Below, piece by piece: positions 1-12,409 of a stretch of DNA of 64,000 nucleotides; the stretch's first letter is position 1; each line of letters opens with the position of its first letter. This DNA is from Lama glama (Eukaryota). The stretch is from positions 78,990,001 to 79,054,000 of the forward strand of contig CM052817.1 of assembly GCA_028534125.1 (NCBI GenBank), read 5' to 3'. The notes beneath the pieces were generated by a model. The model saw only the letters and a list, made by a program, of their open reading frames with translations, did not search any database and was not told where the DNA came from. The position numbers and the translations under genes were made by a program.

Positions 1-9
1 TCTTTTCTT

Positions 10-43
10 AAAAAAAAAAAAATATATATATATATATATATAT
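10..43. repeat. poly(A) run followed by (TA)n microsatellite
   Basis: A13 followed by about 10 TA units, read directly. Confidence 0.95.
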
Positions 44-1886
44 GGAAGGTACTAAAGGTGAAATGGCTTACCCAAGTGACAAAAATGGGCTTCTCCGTCT
101 CCTTTCTCCCATGCCAATGATTTGAGCACTTACCTACTCTAAGGTTCCAGTTTGGCAAAACTTGATCGTTTGAGAAATTACAGTTATTGTCATTGTCATC
201 TTCTTCTCCTTTTTGTTTCCAGACATTCCTTATGCTGTTGCTTCAAAAACTAAAAAGGGTCTGGCGACATAGTGGGGAAAGTGGGGAGGGGGGAATTAAT
301 GAGAGAGAACAGCCTGGTGAAGAAGAGTATTTACCACTGATAGTATTTAGAGTGGTCAGCATATGGTAATAATAGAAATAAGGCTGTATTTTGATTGGTT
401 TTATTACTGTTCTTCAATTCAAGACAACACGGTATGTTATTGCCTATACCTGGGGTGGCAATTCAAACAGTGTCAGTGGTAGAACACGCTTCTCTGGGCT
501 CTGCAAAGCATAAAAGGGCTGAAAGCAGCAACTAAGCCCGAGCAGTAAATTATACCAAATATAAAATGGTCTCCATTTCCCAATGAGGCAATCCTCCAAA
601 TAAAAGGCTTGATTACATAATCTTTTAAGGATGTAGATGAAATAGATAAACCACTCCATAAATGCAGTTTGTTCATTTTGTATACACATATTTAAAATTG
701 CATATTATGTAAAAATCATATACAATGACAATTAACATGGCAATTTAAAAACATTGATTTTTGCCCCATCCTTAGATTGCATGAAACTATTCCAGCTCTT
801 GGTATCACTGTCTCTAGAGAGAGAGAGAAAAAAACAACACATTTTTCAGAGCTTATCATCTTTCTTTCCTTCTAAATTATTTGGGATATCACATTTTTTG
901 ACTCTCTTTAGATGCCATCTCCAGAAATTTTACACAAAATTATTTATTCCGAAGCTTTTAGATAGTAGTTGTTGTTTTGTTTTTAATTGGAAATGTAGAT
1001 CAGTATTTTTAATGGAAAATTTCACTGTATTGCTTTTTAAAGTGATCTTTGAAAGGCGTATTTTAAGCAATATCCAAACTTGAAGTTGTGAGGTGAGATC
1101 CCCCAGGAATAATTACTAATTTGTGAATGTCATCACCTCCTTTTCAACCCAATCTGTAAGTGACCTCACTTTATCTTTGAGCAGAGATGTTAAATAACTG
1201 TCTCAAGCAGGCATTCAGAAGAAAGCAGTGACGCCAGTTCCATGCAAAATGCTGACTCTCAGGGTCAGCGCAGCCCGATGTTCTTCGACTGCAGAGGACT
1301 GAGCGCGTCTGTGCCCTTGACCATACAATGATGACCTTCCAAAATGAAATATAATCCCTTGAAGAGATGTTTCTGCAAAGGTGATGACCCCCAAACACCA
1401 ATAAAACCAACCTACACAGTCACTGACTACCAACACAACACGGGCACCTACTGTCCGTCCACTCACACAACAGCCCTGTGGCTGTGCTCCAGGTGCCAGA
1501 ATAACGAAGTCTGGGACCAGAGGATCTACAGAAGGTGGTTAGTCTTTTCTCAGACATTAGTTGTTCAAAGCTGTTTTACTGCCTTCAGAACCCCTGGCTG
1601 CACATTTAGAAAGGAGCAGGCAGCTCACATTTGGCCCTCTTTGAATTTGGTGGCCTTCATGGCGGTATCTTCACTGACAATTATCTGTCAGGGTTTTTAA
1701 GGTCCCCATTTCCTGGCCAGTTCTACCGACAGTTCAGCTGCACACACTTCTGTAATCCCAATAGTAACAGGGAAGGGAAGCATCAGTCTATGTTTTTGTT
1801 TGATTTTTTGACCTGAAAACATTTTGTTGCAAGGATCGGCCAGAACACAGACCTGGTTTACAGACCACTTCTCTCCTCAAAGTTTA

Positions 1887-1916
1887 TATATCTATATCTA
1901 TATCTATATCTATATC
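1887..1916. repeat. (TATATC)5 microsatellite
   Basis: Five perfect hexamer units. Confidence 0.95.
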
Positions 1917-2075
1917 TTACTATCAAGGACAACCACAAACTACAGAGCCACTGCTTAGAGCAAATTTTACCATTTAAGAAAACCTTTGCTTCATGCAGCT
2001 TATCAAATAAATGAGGTTCAAGAACTATGTCTTGGATTATATTTTTCTTCCTTGAGAAAACATAAAATCTCCTGC

Positions 2076-2143
2076 TTTCACTTGAGGATTAACAGTAAGT
2101 TTGATGAGATTTCACTTGAGGATTAACAGTAAATTTGATGAGA
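2076..2143. repeat. 34-bp tandem duplication (2 copies, 1 mismatch)
   Basis: TTTCACTTGAGGATTAACAGTAA(G/A)TTTGATGAGA at 2076-2109 and 2110-2143. Confidence 0.95.
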
Positions 2144-2479
2144 GCCTCAAGATTTGGACTAATAAATGAAAAGAAAACAGATCCAAATATCTGTAGAATA
2201 AGACTGTGTTGTGAAAACTTTGTATGTTGATTAAATTACTTACTTTTAATTTTTAGGGTAAACAGAGTATAATAGTAAAAAGAGAGGGAGAGCAACATGA
2301 GAGAGGATAACCCTAACTCTTATCTCTAGCCCTCTATGGCACCATGGGCAAATCATTTAGATTCGTTAGATCTATTTGTTTAACTGTAAAATGAAATACT
2401 TAAATCCCAGGATCATGTAAATTTCTAGGCAAATGACATTTTTTAAGGTTATGTGAAAAAAGACATTTGAATTCAACTA

Positions 2480-3520
2480 TCTGTCAAAAGGCATCTCCAG
2501 AGTATGTGAATTTTCTAAAAAGCAATGAGGAGGAGAAACAATTCAATTTTTTAACAATAGGTAAAAGACTTCAGAAGAAAAGGACATTCAAATAGCCAAT
2601 AAGTATATGAAAAAATGCTCATCTTTGGTCATAATAAATGCCAAATGAAACTGCAATACAGGGGGGCAGAGGGTGGGAAGGGATAGACTGGGATTTCAAA
2701 ATTGTAGAATAGATAAGATTATACTGTACAGCACAGGGAAATATACACAAAATGTTACGGTAGCTCACAGAGAAAAAAATGTGACAATGAGTGTGTATAT
2801 GCCCATGTATGACTGAAAAATTGTGCTGAACACTGGAATTTGACACAACATTGTAAAATGATTATAAATCAATAAAAAATGTTAAAAAAAAAAAGAAACT
2901 GCGATACGATAACACTACAAACCACTAGGATGATTTTTTTTTAATTATCAAATATTAGCAAAGATGTAGAGCATTTAAATCACTGCTAATGGGAATATAA
3001 AGTGGTACAGCCTCTTTGTAAAGTTGTCAGTATCTGCTAAATCTGAACATATGCATGATCCAACAGTTTCACTCTTAGATATACGCTCAATGAAATGAGT
3101 GCATATACGCACCAAACAACATAAAATATTCATAGAAGCTTTATTCATAACAAGCAAAAACTGGCAACAACCTTAATGCCCATCAGTAGTAGAATGAATA
3201 AGTTAATTGTAGTATGTTATACAATGGCATATATACAGTTATGAAAAAGACCGAATTATTACTACATTCAGCAACGTGGATGAATCTCAGAGACACTGAC
3301 AATGTACAAAAGAAGCCAGACACAAAAGAATACTTCATTTTATGCAGTTCAGAAACAACCAAAACTAACCATTGGTGATAGAAATCAGAATAGTGGTTAT
3401 CTTTGGGAGTAGAAAACTGACTGGGAGGCTGGGGATGTTCTAAATTTTGATCTGGGTTGTAGTTGTATGGCTGTATTCATTTATAAAAATGCATCAAGCT
3501 TTACTATACCTATTGGTAAT
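2480..3520 (+). mobile_element. Old LINE-1 (L1M-type) 3' end, interrupted by a younger L1
   Basis: Degenerate ORF2 C-terminus and 3'UTR motifs (aatagccaataagtatatgaaaaaatgctc; ggatgaatctcag; agaaatcagaatagtggtta). Confidence 0.8.
2661..2894 (+). mobile_element. Young, heavily 5'-truncated lineage-specific L1 3' end
   Basis: Near-identical to the L1 3' ends at about 21030-21255 and 51720-51948. It has AATAAA plus an A-tail and a 14-bp TSD, GAAACTGCAATACA (2647-2660) / GAAACTGCGATACG (2895-2908). Confidence 0.92.
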
Positions 3521-3701
3521 TAAAAAGTAGATTTGTAGAAAGTTGTCATTTTGCTATATTATATCATGTTAAAAAAAAGTTACCCCCTAAATTTTTATGC
3601 GTAGGAATATTTTTAATATGTTTTACATTTAAATCACATATTAAGATCCCATTTTCCTAAAATTATTTCTACTTATGTAACTGTTGTTTTAGATGAAATT
3701 C

Positions 3702-3796
3702 TTTTTTTTTTGCAAGGGGGAGATAATTAGGTCTATTTGTTTCTAGAAGATGTACTGGGAATTGAACCCAGGACCTTGTGCACGCTAACCACGCTA
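3702..3796 (-). mobile_element. Vic-1-like tRNA-derived SINE, 5'-truncated
   Basis: The reverse complement contains the B-box-bearing GGTCCTGGGTTCAATTCCCAGTAC and the CCTAATTA-type tail, with a T-run. A 15-bp direct repeat TAACTGTTGTTTTAG lies at 3678-3692 and 3797-3811. Confidence 0.85.
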
Positions 3797-5539
3797 TAAC
3801 TGTTGTTTTAGCTACCTATCTATATAAAATAAAGAGATGTCTAGACAATATTCACCAAATAAATAATTCACCAAATAGTAATGATTTTTTGCAGAGGGTG
3901 GAATTGAGAAGATATCTTACTTTTGTTATAGACTTTCCTATATTTTTTTAAGTTTTCAATAATGGAATATATCATTTCAACAAAAATCATAGAGCCATTA
4001 TTCTTTAAGAAAGATGAATAAAGCTATGTTGATAATATACCTGGCCACTGGCCCTGGGAAGGATAATCAGTGGAGGTTGGGTAATTCAATATTAGCAACA
4101 AAACCCCTAGAAGCATCATTCTGAAATCCCTGCCTCCTTTTCGTCCCTTTCTATTCACCAGCTGCCCTGCTGTCAATGGCTGAGGATAGCACTGAGATGC
4201 TCAGCAGCTCATCTCAGAGCAGGATCAGCCCCAGAGTCCCTGGCTACCTTCTACATCCCCTGCCTGCTCTTCCCCTACTGCTGCCACTCTTACACTTCCC
4301 CTAGTCACCTCCCCAACAGCTGTGATTCCAACTGACTTGTCCAGGCCCTTTGACCATCCACGTTATTCTGGACAGGATGCCTCTCCCTACTAAGCAAGCC
4401 CTAATATAGATGTCCTTTCTCCACCCCAGGCCAACCCATGCAGATTGTGGGAAACCCAAGTACATGATATTATTCCCCACAACAGAGGGCTGTTGACCCC
4501 CAAGTGGTGGATATCTGTCAAAGTTGGGGCTATTACTTTTAATTATATGATTATCCTTCCTATCTGGGGGAAGGAATGTCCCTTTGCAGATATTTTTAGG
4601 AGACAAAGTCTCACCACCACCCCCTCCCCACCCCATCATCAAAGCCAGAAAGTCCTTGGCAGCTATGAGCAGAGCATGTAGCTTCAACTCTGCCAGTAGA
4701 AGCTTCCACAGAAGAATGCTGAGGGTGTTATGTAAAGTGCAGAACCATCCAGTTACTCACAGGAATGACTGCAGAGTTTAGTTTCCATTGATGGTGACAA
4801 GTGTTTTCCAGCAGCAGCACAAGTGGCATTCTACCAGATTTTTCTGAGATATGAATTTGGCCATGTTTTCAGATACCCAGACTTCCTTGGCTTGTGGCTA
4901 TTTTCCAGGCATGATTCTTCTGTAAGCCACCAAATGTATGTTTCCAGTATATATTTTTTCTCTCAAAGAGATTTGGTTTCTGTTGTTTGTGACTAGAACC
5001 CTAATCTGCCTCCTACTACCTTTCTATTTTTCTCTCCAGGTGAAACCTGAAGAAAACTAGCATTACCTCTCCCTGAACCTACATCACCAAAAGAAGTTCC
5101 AGTCATTCCCATCTCCTCACATCACCCACCACCTCTCTGGGATAACTGAGTTCCATCTCTCCCAGACAGATTCCACCATACACTGGGTCTGTTTAGTTGA
5201 CACTTACCCCGTAAGGTCCCTCACTTTCTTTATGAAATGAATTTAAAAAGAAAGTCAACCTATATTTTCTAGATCACCCTGGGGTTTTATAAAAAGGTGA
5301 CATTTATAAACATATTAGTATCTGGAAATAATTTTTTAATATCTTACTCCTATAGTCAACAGTTTTAGCAAGTTATTTCCATATCTTGACTACTGTATAT
5401 TAGGCACATCTATACTTGACATACAAATTCAAAATCATGAAGTTAAAATCAACTGATATCACAATGTTCAAGGGCCACTGCCACTTTTGCATTAGCTTCT
5501 CACTCTTGAGCTGCTTTAAAATTGCTTTAGATACAGGAC

Positions 5540-6110
5540 ACGACCAAATGAAACCAGACCAGAGATTCAGAGGGATTATATTCCCTTGTCTGTGACTGAC
5601 TTCTTGCTTTGTCAGAGGATGCAGTGTAGTCGATATCTGTCATATATTGACGCTGCATAACCTGTGCACAGTCTTGCATTGTATGGAAATCTCCCACCAT
5701 AAAAGGCCCACCTCCCCGAAGTAAAAGCCAGCAAAGAGTTTTCCCAGATCCTTCGTAACCAGGACTCCGGTAGTGACTGAAGGTTCTGCCCATTAACTGC
5801 TCAGGGCAAGACTAACAGGAAGAGGGAGGAGCTGGGTGAAACACATTTATCCAAGGTAAAAGTGGTATGACAGACATCCTTCTGTTTTGAGACGAAACAT
5901 CTAATAGCAGCATCAGAAGCCAGTCTCAGATGATATGAGCTGCCACACCTGAGCCCATCAGCAGCAGGGCGTGATTTGAGCAGTGCTGCTGGCTTTTCAG
6001 CCTCCAAATCTGCTAGAGACTTCTATGGTCACATAACTCCTGTTAATAAATTTATGTTCTGTTTAAACTAGTTAAAGCAGGCCCTTTTTGACCACTAAGA
6101 ATCCTGAATA
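5540..6110 (+). mobile_element. Probable very old ERVL-class LTR remnant
   Basis: The 3' part has AATAAA followed by tgtttaaactagtt...actaagaatcctgaata, resembling LTR16/LTR33-type ends. Boundaries are uncertain. Confidence 0.35.
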
Positions 6111-6439
6111 AGAAAATTGCTTATATAATGAATGACTTTTGTTTCCTGCTTGTAAAACAAAGAAACTTATCGTGATATGAAGTAGTCTTTGAAACCCTGG
6201 TGTGTGAAGTATAGCTATTACAAATAGTTCTTCCTACATAAACTGTCTCCAAAAAAAGTGTTATTCATTGTGGTAATAACCATCTCTCAGCCTACAAGAA
6301 GTTGTTATTAAAAAAAAATTTCATTGAATGCTGATCACATTCATCTTTAAAGTAGGGAACAGGTACCATTGTTTAGCCTGAAATGAACCAGACAAAAAAA
6401 TTTTGTGTTCTGTGTGATATATTGTAACAGTAATTACTG

Positions 6440-6445
6440 TTTAAT
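6440..6445 (-). promoter_or_regulatory. Candidate polyadenylation signal ATTAAA
   Basis: The minus strand reads ATTAAAcagtaattactgttacaatatatcacacagaacacaaaaTTTTTTTGTCTGGTT, i.e. a signal plus a U/GU-rich downstream element. Confidence 0.3.
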
Positions 6446-6788
6446 AAATCTTATTAGATAACTTTGGCACTGCATCAACTTTTTTTTACAATACCAAGCA
6501 TCATATTTTTCTTTCTCCGTGTAAATTACATAGAATTAAAGCTTATTTCTTGTTAGCCAGCTTTCTGAGTCTTTTACTACACTGCCAGAGGGCTAATAGC
6601 CACTTTGTTATCTTGCTTTTGGGTTTGTTGGCCTCTTAAGTTGTACAAATATTTAGAAGATTTATGTGGTATGTAACCACATATATAAAACTCATTATAA
6701 ATTTGTGCAGAAGAAATGGAATAGAAAGAAAGCTCAGATTCCTCCACACAGCCCATATTTCTAAGCCAAGGCAAAGACTCAGTAATGA

Positions 6789-6844
6789 TCATTTTTCTTT
6801 GACATTTTGATACAGTGTAAAAGGGACAGGTACAAGCATTACAC
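6789..6844 (-). CDS. Candidate coding part of a terminal exon of an unidentified gene, (G)VMLVPVPFTLYQNVKEK*
   Basis: Acceptor ttgttttttgtAG at 6846-6845, then a phase-1 frame to TGA. An AU-rich repeat-free tract follows, with ATTAAA (minus strand, 6445-6440) and a downstream U-rich run. No homology was recognised. Confidence 0.3.
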
Positions 6845-6949
6845 CTACAAAAAACAATTCTATATGAATAACATATAATAATCTCATAATATACGTCTTT
6901 ATTTATCTGTCTATTTAATTCCACTGCCACTCCTTTAATGTACCCTCCT

Positions 6950-7440
6950 GCCAATTTGGTCAGGGTTCACAGTCTCAGACAACAGAATTTTCCTTACCTG
7001 GCTAGAGAAGAAATGAATTTACTAAGTAATATGAATCGCTCACAGAACTGTTGGGAGATGTGTGAAACCAGACCATTGGGTGACTTCACTAACCACCACA
7101 TAGAGTTTCTGTCTTTACCTCCACTCTACAGACTCGTGTTTCAATTAGCAGAGTGGTGTTAGGGCTTCCCAATAACAATAGTTTCAGCTCCAGAATTATG
7201 TCACCTCTCCATTTTTCTGCCCCAGCAAAATGGATCTTCCTCATGGAACTCAGCTTCGTGTCAGTTTTCTTGTGAGGGCATCTGCACATGGTATAGGCCC
7301 TAATTCCTGTACAGTAGTCTGGCTGCATGGGAGCCTGGGAAACGTTGGTTTGGGTTTTCCAGCTCTTGCATTACAAAAAGATATGACAGAAGGGAGTTAA
7401 CATAGAAACTGAATCAAGCCTAATCTACAGTATATCGTAT
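6950..7440 (-). mobile_element. Old MLT1 (ERVL-MaLR) LTR remnant
   Basis: The motif tctggctgcatgggagcctgggaaa...ttttccagc is typical of old MLT1 elements in reverse orientation. Confidence 0.5.
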
Positions 7441-7454
7441 TGCCACTTTCCTAC

Positions 7455-8025
7455 GTTTCCACTGAAGCCAGAATAATCTTTAAAATGAAACCCTAGTGTT
7501 ACTCCACCACGTAAAATCCTTCTGGAATCATAAAAACATTCAATGTGGTAACCCTGCAAAATGATTTATAGTCCTTTTAGGATCTGAGCCCTACTTAGGT
7601 CTCTACCTCCTCTCTTTTCCTCATCTATGTGCCTTTCCCTCAACATATCAAAGTCATTATGCGGTTTCAGGGCCCCTAGTCTTTGCAGATTCCGTTTCCT
7701 TTGCCTGGAACTCCTTTCTCTGCCTTCTTTCCCTAGCTAATTCCTAGTAGCCTTTCGAATTAGATTTCCTATTGCCACTTGTTCCCAAAGTTTCCCAACC
7801 CACATAATCTGACTACACAATTCATTTTCTGTAATACCCCGTGCACATTGATTTATAGCACTCATTTCACAGAACCGTCACTACACTGATTTATTTTTTC
7901 AGACTTCCACATTAAACCATAACCAAGGCAAGGATTAAAATCTGTCACCTCCATAATCCCAGTACTTATCTCAATGCTTAACATATAATAAGATTTTTAA
8001 AATAAATGGAGAATGAATAAGTGAG
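7455..8025 (+). mobile_element. L2 LINE 3' fragment
   Basis: Motifs cagaataatctttaaaatg, ttcctttgcctggaactcc and cccagtactta, with a gaatgaataagtga terminus. Confidence 0.7.
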
Positions 8026-9266
8026 TATAGTTGAATAACAGTATTACTGTGGGCACAGGGCTAAGGGAGCGAGTTTCCAAATGTGTGCTTACAATACAGC
8101 AGTCAAAGATGATCATGCTTTCATAAAAACAGATGGGAGATGTCGTAAAATCAGTGATGTTGTCTAATATCTTTGTTTTACAGAAGAGGAAATAAAGGAC
8201 CATAGAGTTATTTTCTCACCATCACACAAATATAATCAAAGCAGGACACACAAGTGTTTCATTTCTAACTACTTCCTTGAATGACCCTGGACGACTGACA
8301 CAGCCAAGCAGACGCAAGCCATTACAGAGGCTAAAGAATTTGGTTCCCCCTGATCCCACCCTCCACATGGACCCCCAGGACTCACCTCACAGGTCTGGAA
8401 CAGCCAGCTGAGAGAAGCAGTGCTGAGATCCATCACAATAGCAAAGGAAGAATTCAGGTTTCTCTGGGCTTTGCAGCTATGGGATAAAAAAAAAGCAGAA
8501 GGCACTTTGAAGCCACATCCTTTTGCCAGATGATCACAAAAGATAAAGCTGCAAAGATTCTCCTAGGCCACAAAATTCAACCTCTAGGGCAGAGGTGAAC
8601 TCTGCTCCATGACTTTGCACCCTTGACCTGCGGGAGGGGTGTTATCCCGTCAACACAAATGAAACAATTCCAAATGCTTCAGCTCCTCCTGGCCTTCAGG
8701 AAAAGATCTGTGGTCTTGGTATTCTCTAGACACTTCACAAGATTCCTCCTCTTTACATACCTATTTTGGATGCATTTGCAATTTCAACTGAAAACTTTCA
8801 GAAGTTTCACGTTTCTTTCTATATCCCCTACCCTCATTATACTAGCTCTCTGGTCCTCTCTCTAAACCTTTGCTGCCTTTCTTTTTTGACAGACAAGTCC
8901 CTCTCAGTTCACAGGTCTAAGCTCCTCTTCTCATTACATTTAGACATATTTTCTTTGCTCTCAACAAAATAGCTACTATGTTACATATATATATAAAATA
9001 TGGCATATATTATGGGGATACTGTCCCACATTTCTCATTTAAGGAAAAAAGGAAATAAAATGCAAAATAAGACTATGTTGAGCTCTATTCACTGTGTCAG
9101 GTTATCTACTCTGCACAACATCAGTTGTGCCCTTCAATTAATCAGTCAACACTCCACTTAATCTTCAAAGCCAGCTGAGGGAGGCTGGGCTTCTAGGTCA
9201 GCGGGAACAGCCTGTGAATTCGACACTCGTCAATCTGGGACATACTAGAAAACAACTTCTTTCGGG

Positions 9267-9394
9267 CTCACAGATAGAGAGAACAAACTAGTAGTAATTG
9301 GGGGGGTGTGGACGGGCAGAAATACAGGGGTGGGGAACTGGGAGGAACAAACTATTGGGTATAAGACAGGCTCAAGAACGTATTAAAAAAAAAA
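9267..9394 (+). mobile_element. Short L1 3'UTR fragment with A-run
   Basis: ctcacagatagagagaacaaactagtag plus a G-rich tract matches the other L1 3'UTRs in the window. No clear TSD. Confidence 0.65.
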
Positions 9395-9959
9395 GTCAGG
9401 CAGGGACTTCAGAGTTTGATTCTATTAAGAATGAACTCATGTATTTTCAAGCAAACTATCCTCAGGGGGTTCTCCAGAGTCCTTTCTCAAAAGTGACTTT
9501 AGAGTTCACAACCAACCTTTGTGAATTTTAAGAAAACCAAAATAAAGCTTCTAAAGGATCTAATGAGATAATGTATGAGAAAGGAAATATAAGGCATATG
9601 TCTTAGTATAACCCAATATTTTCATTATGCTAGAAAATGAACAGGTAATTTTTTTAAAAAACTAAATTATAGTTTTGTAATACATTTTATTATGTATTAT
9701 GGCTTAAGAGAAATAATTGAGGAAAAAAAGCTGTCTATCATGGTAAAGACTGTGCTTCAATATTTCTTTTCCTGATAATTTTCAAGCTTCCAAATAGAAG
9801 GAAAAATAATTTTTAAATACTTTCATATATTGTACTTGATTTAATTTTGGTAAGATGTAACACTACACAGTCTTAGAGAAATTTTACAGACTATTTAGTA
9901 TTGTCACCATCTGTCCAACTCAGTATTTTGATTCTTAATAAGATCACTTTTGAAATGTC

Positions 9960-12320
9960 ACCAATAAATCTGAAAACTTTGATAAAATTGCCAATGCCTG
10001 GAAAAATATAATTTGCCAAAATTGACTTAAAAAGAAATAAAATATTTGAATACACATAGAACTATTAAAGAAACTGAATGGGTGATTTAAAATTTTTCCA
10101 TAAAGAATATAACATGCCCGGAGGATTTTATCCTCCTGATCTGAACCTTATACCAAAAGCAAGGTAAGGACAACGGGAGAAATGAAAACTTACTGAACTC
10201 ATGAACACAGGTATAGAAATACTAAATAAAACATTAGAAAACCAAATCCAATCAATACCCTATAAAATATGATCAAGCAGAGATTACCCTAGGTTTGCAA
10301 TGGAAGCTTAATATTAGAAAATCTATTGGTGCTATTTACCACATTAGTAAAATTAAGGAGATAAGTCATATCATCTCTGTAGACACAAAACAGCATTTAA
10401 TTAATTCAGTATTTTACTAGTGAAAAAACTCTTAGCATCTAGTAAGAGAAGAAAATTTCTTCAACTTGTTTAAGTCTGTCTAACAAAAACCTATGACAAT
10501 ATCCAGAAGGAACCTTAATTCAAAAAGATACATGCACCCCTATATTCATAGCAGCACTATTTACAGTAGCCAAGACATGGAAACAACCTAAATGTCCATC
10601 AACAGCTGACTGGATAAAGAAGTTGTGGTACATTTATATAATGGAATACTATTCAGCCATAAAAAATAATAAAATAATGCCATTTGCAGCAATGGCGATG
10701 AATCTGGAGATCGTCATTCTAAATGAAGTAAGCCAGAAAGAGAAACAAAAATACCACATGATATCACTTACATGTGGAATCTAAAAAAAAAAAAAAAGAC
10801 AAATGAACTTATTTACAAAACAGAAACAGACTCACAGACATAGAAAACAAACTTATGGTTACTGTGGGGAAAAGGGAGTGGGAAGGGATAAATTGGGAGC
10901 TTGAGATTTGCAAGTACTAATATATATAAAATAGATAAACAACAAGTTCATACTATATAGCACAGGGAACTATATTCAATATCTTGTAGTAACTTACAAC
11001 AAAAAGAAAATGAAAATGAATATGTGTATGTGTATGTGTATGTATGACTGAAGCATTATGCTGTATACCAGAAATTGACACAAATTATAAACTGACTATA
11101 CTTCAATAAATATATATGTATACAAAAAAAAATACCTATGACAAACTTCACATTCAGCAATGACGTGTTAGGGCTATTGCCTAAAATTCAGAAAGAAGTG
11201 TAAGAGGCACTCCATCACCTCTTCTGTTTAATATTACTATAGAGGTCCTAGCCAGCAACATATGAAAAAAAGAAAAAGAAAAAGGTATTAGAATTGGAGA
11301 GAGTAAGCTAAATTGCTTACAATTATTGTAAAGATATGGTTGTCTACATAGAAAATTCTGTAGAAATTAAATGGTTGTTAACCAAGGGGAAATGAAGAAT
11401 GAGAATAGGATATGGAGATTAAAAGTAATAAATAAATAATAAAGCAAGAGAAGAATGAAGTGTCACAGACTGAGGGATGTCATTAATTCCACCACCTGGG
11501 ATTTTTAAATATACAGCTAACTTTTTGGAATGAATAAAAGTCCTTGGCAATGAAATCAATTTCAAAAATAAACCACATTTCTATATACCAATAACAATGA
11601 CATAGGTCATGTAATTTACAAAGAAATACCACTTAGAATAGTAATGGACAAATGTATTTTGAAATGTAGACAAAAAAGTATAAGAATATCATCAACTTTT
11701 ACTGAAAGACGTTAAAGGAGGCCAACTAACTGGAAAAAGGTATCATGTTCATCAGCAAGAGATTCAGTATCGTAAGAATGTTAATTCTCACCAAATTGAT
11801 ATAAAAATTTAATAAAATTTTAATCAACATTGCACAAGGCTTTTTCATAGAACATAACAAACAGATAATAAAATGTATAGAGAGATACAAAATATCAGGA
11901 CTAGATAAGACACTCAAGAGTAAGTCAAGGGTGGTAGCAATTTATTCTCTCAAATATCAAAATTTATTTCAAAATTATAGAAATTAAGACAGTGTAGGCT
12001 GGTGTTATGAATAGAGAAGAGACCAATCAACCAGAATAGAAAATCTAGAAACAAATCCACACATACATGGAAACTCAAGTTACGACAGAGTTGGCATTGC
12101 AAATCATTAGAAGAGGATGGATAGTCAATAAATACTATTTAGACAACTGACTACCCATGTGGAAAAAGATAAAATTGGATTCCCTACACATCAAACACAA
12201 TGATCCATTCTAGATGGAATAATTTTTTAAAGTAAAACTTAAAGCTTTCAGAAGAAAACACAGGTGACTATTTTTATCTTAGTGAGAAAGTGTCTTAAAG
12301 ACACAAAAATGCTTACCAAA
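9960..12320 (+). mobile_element. Old, highly decayed L1 ORF2 fragment
   Basis: Colinear degenerate ORF2 motifs with no open frame. It is interrupted at 10500-11133. Confidence 0.8.
10500..11133 (+). mobile_element. 5'-truncated L1 3' end nested in an older L1
   Basis: ORF2 C-terminus, 3'UTR, AATAAA and A-tail. TSD ACCTATGACAA at 10489-10499 and 11134-11144. Confidence 0.92.
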
Positions 12321-12409
12321 ACATAACAACATACCAAGACCGAATCAAGAAAAAACAAAAAGCCTGAACAGACCAATGACAGATGAGTTTGAAGGTAATC
12401 AAAAAGCTC

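Noticed and set aside
2076..2143. CRISPR-like repeat
   Set aside because: There are only two abutting copies, no spacer, no cas genes, and the context is mammalian.
4301..4781. Overlapping ORFs of 65-128 aa
   Set aside because: They lack convincing starts, splice context or recognisable domains. This may be a decayed ERVL/MaLR internal remnant next to LTR-like sequence at about 4870-5005, which I cannot confirm.
6577..6954. 125-aa minus ORF as a single-exon gene
   Set aside because: It has a non-ATG start and an unrecognisable composition. It is better explained as overlapping an acceptor and a 3'UTR-like tract.
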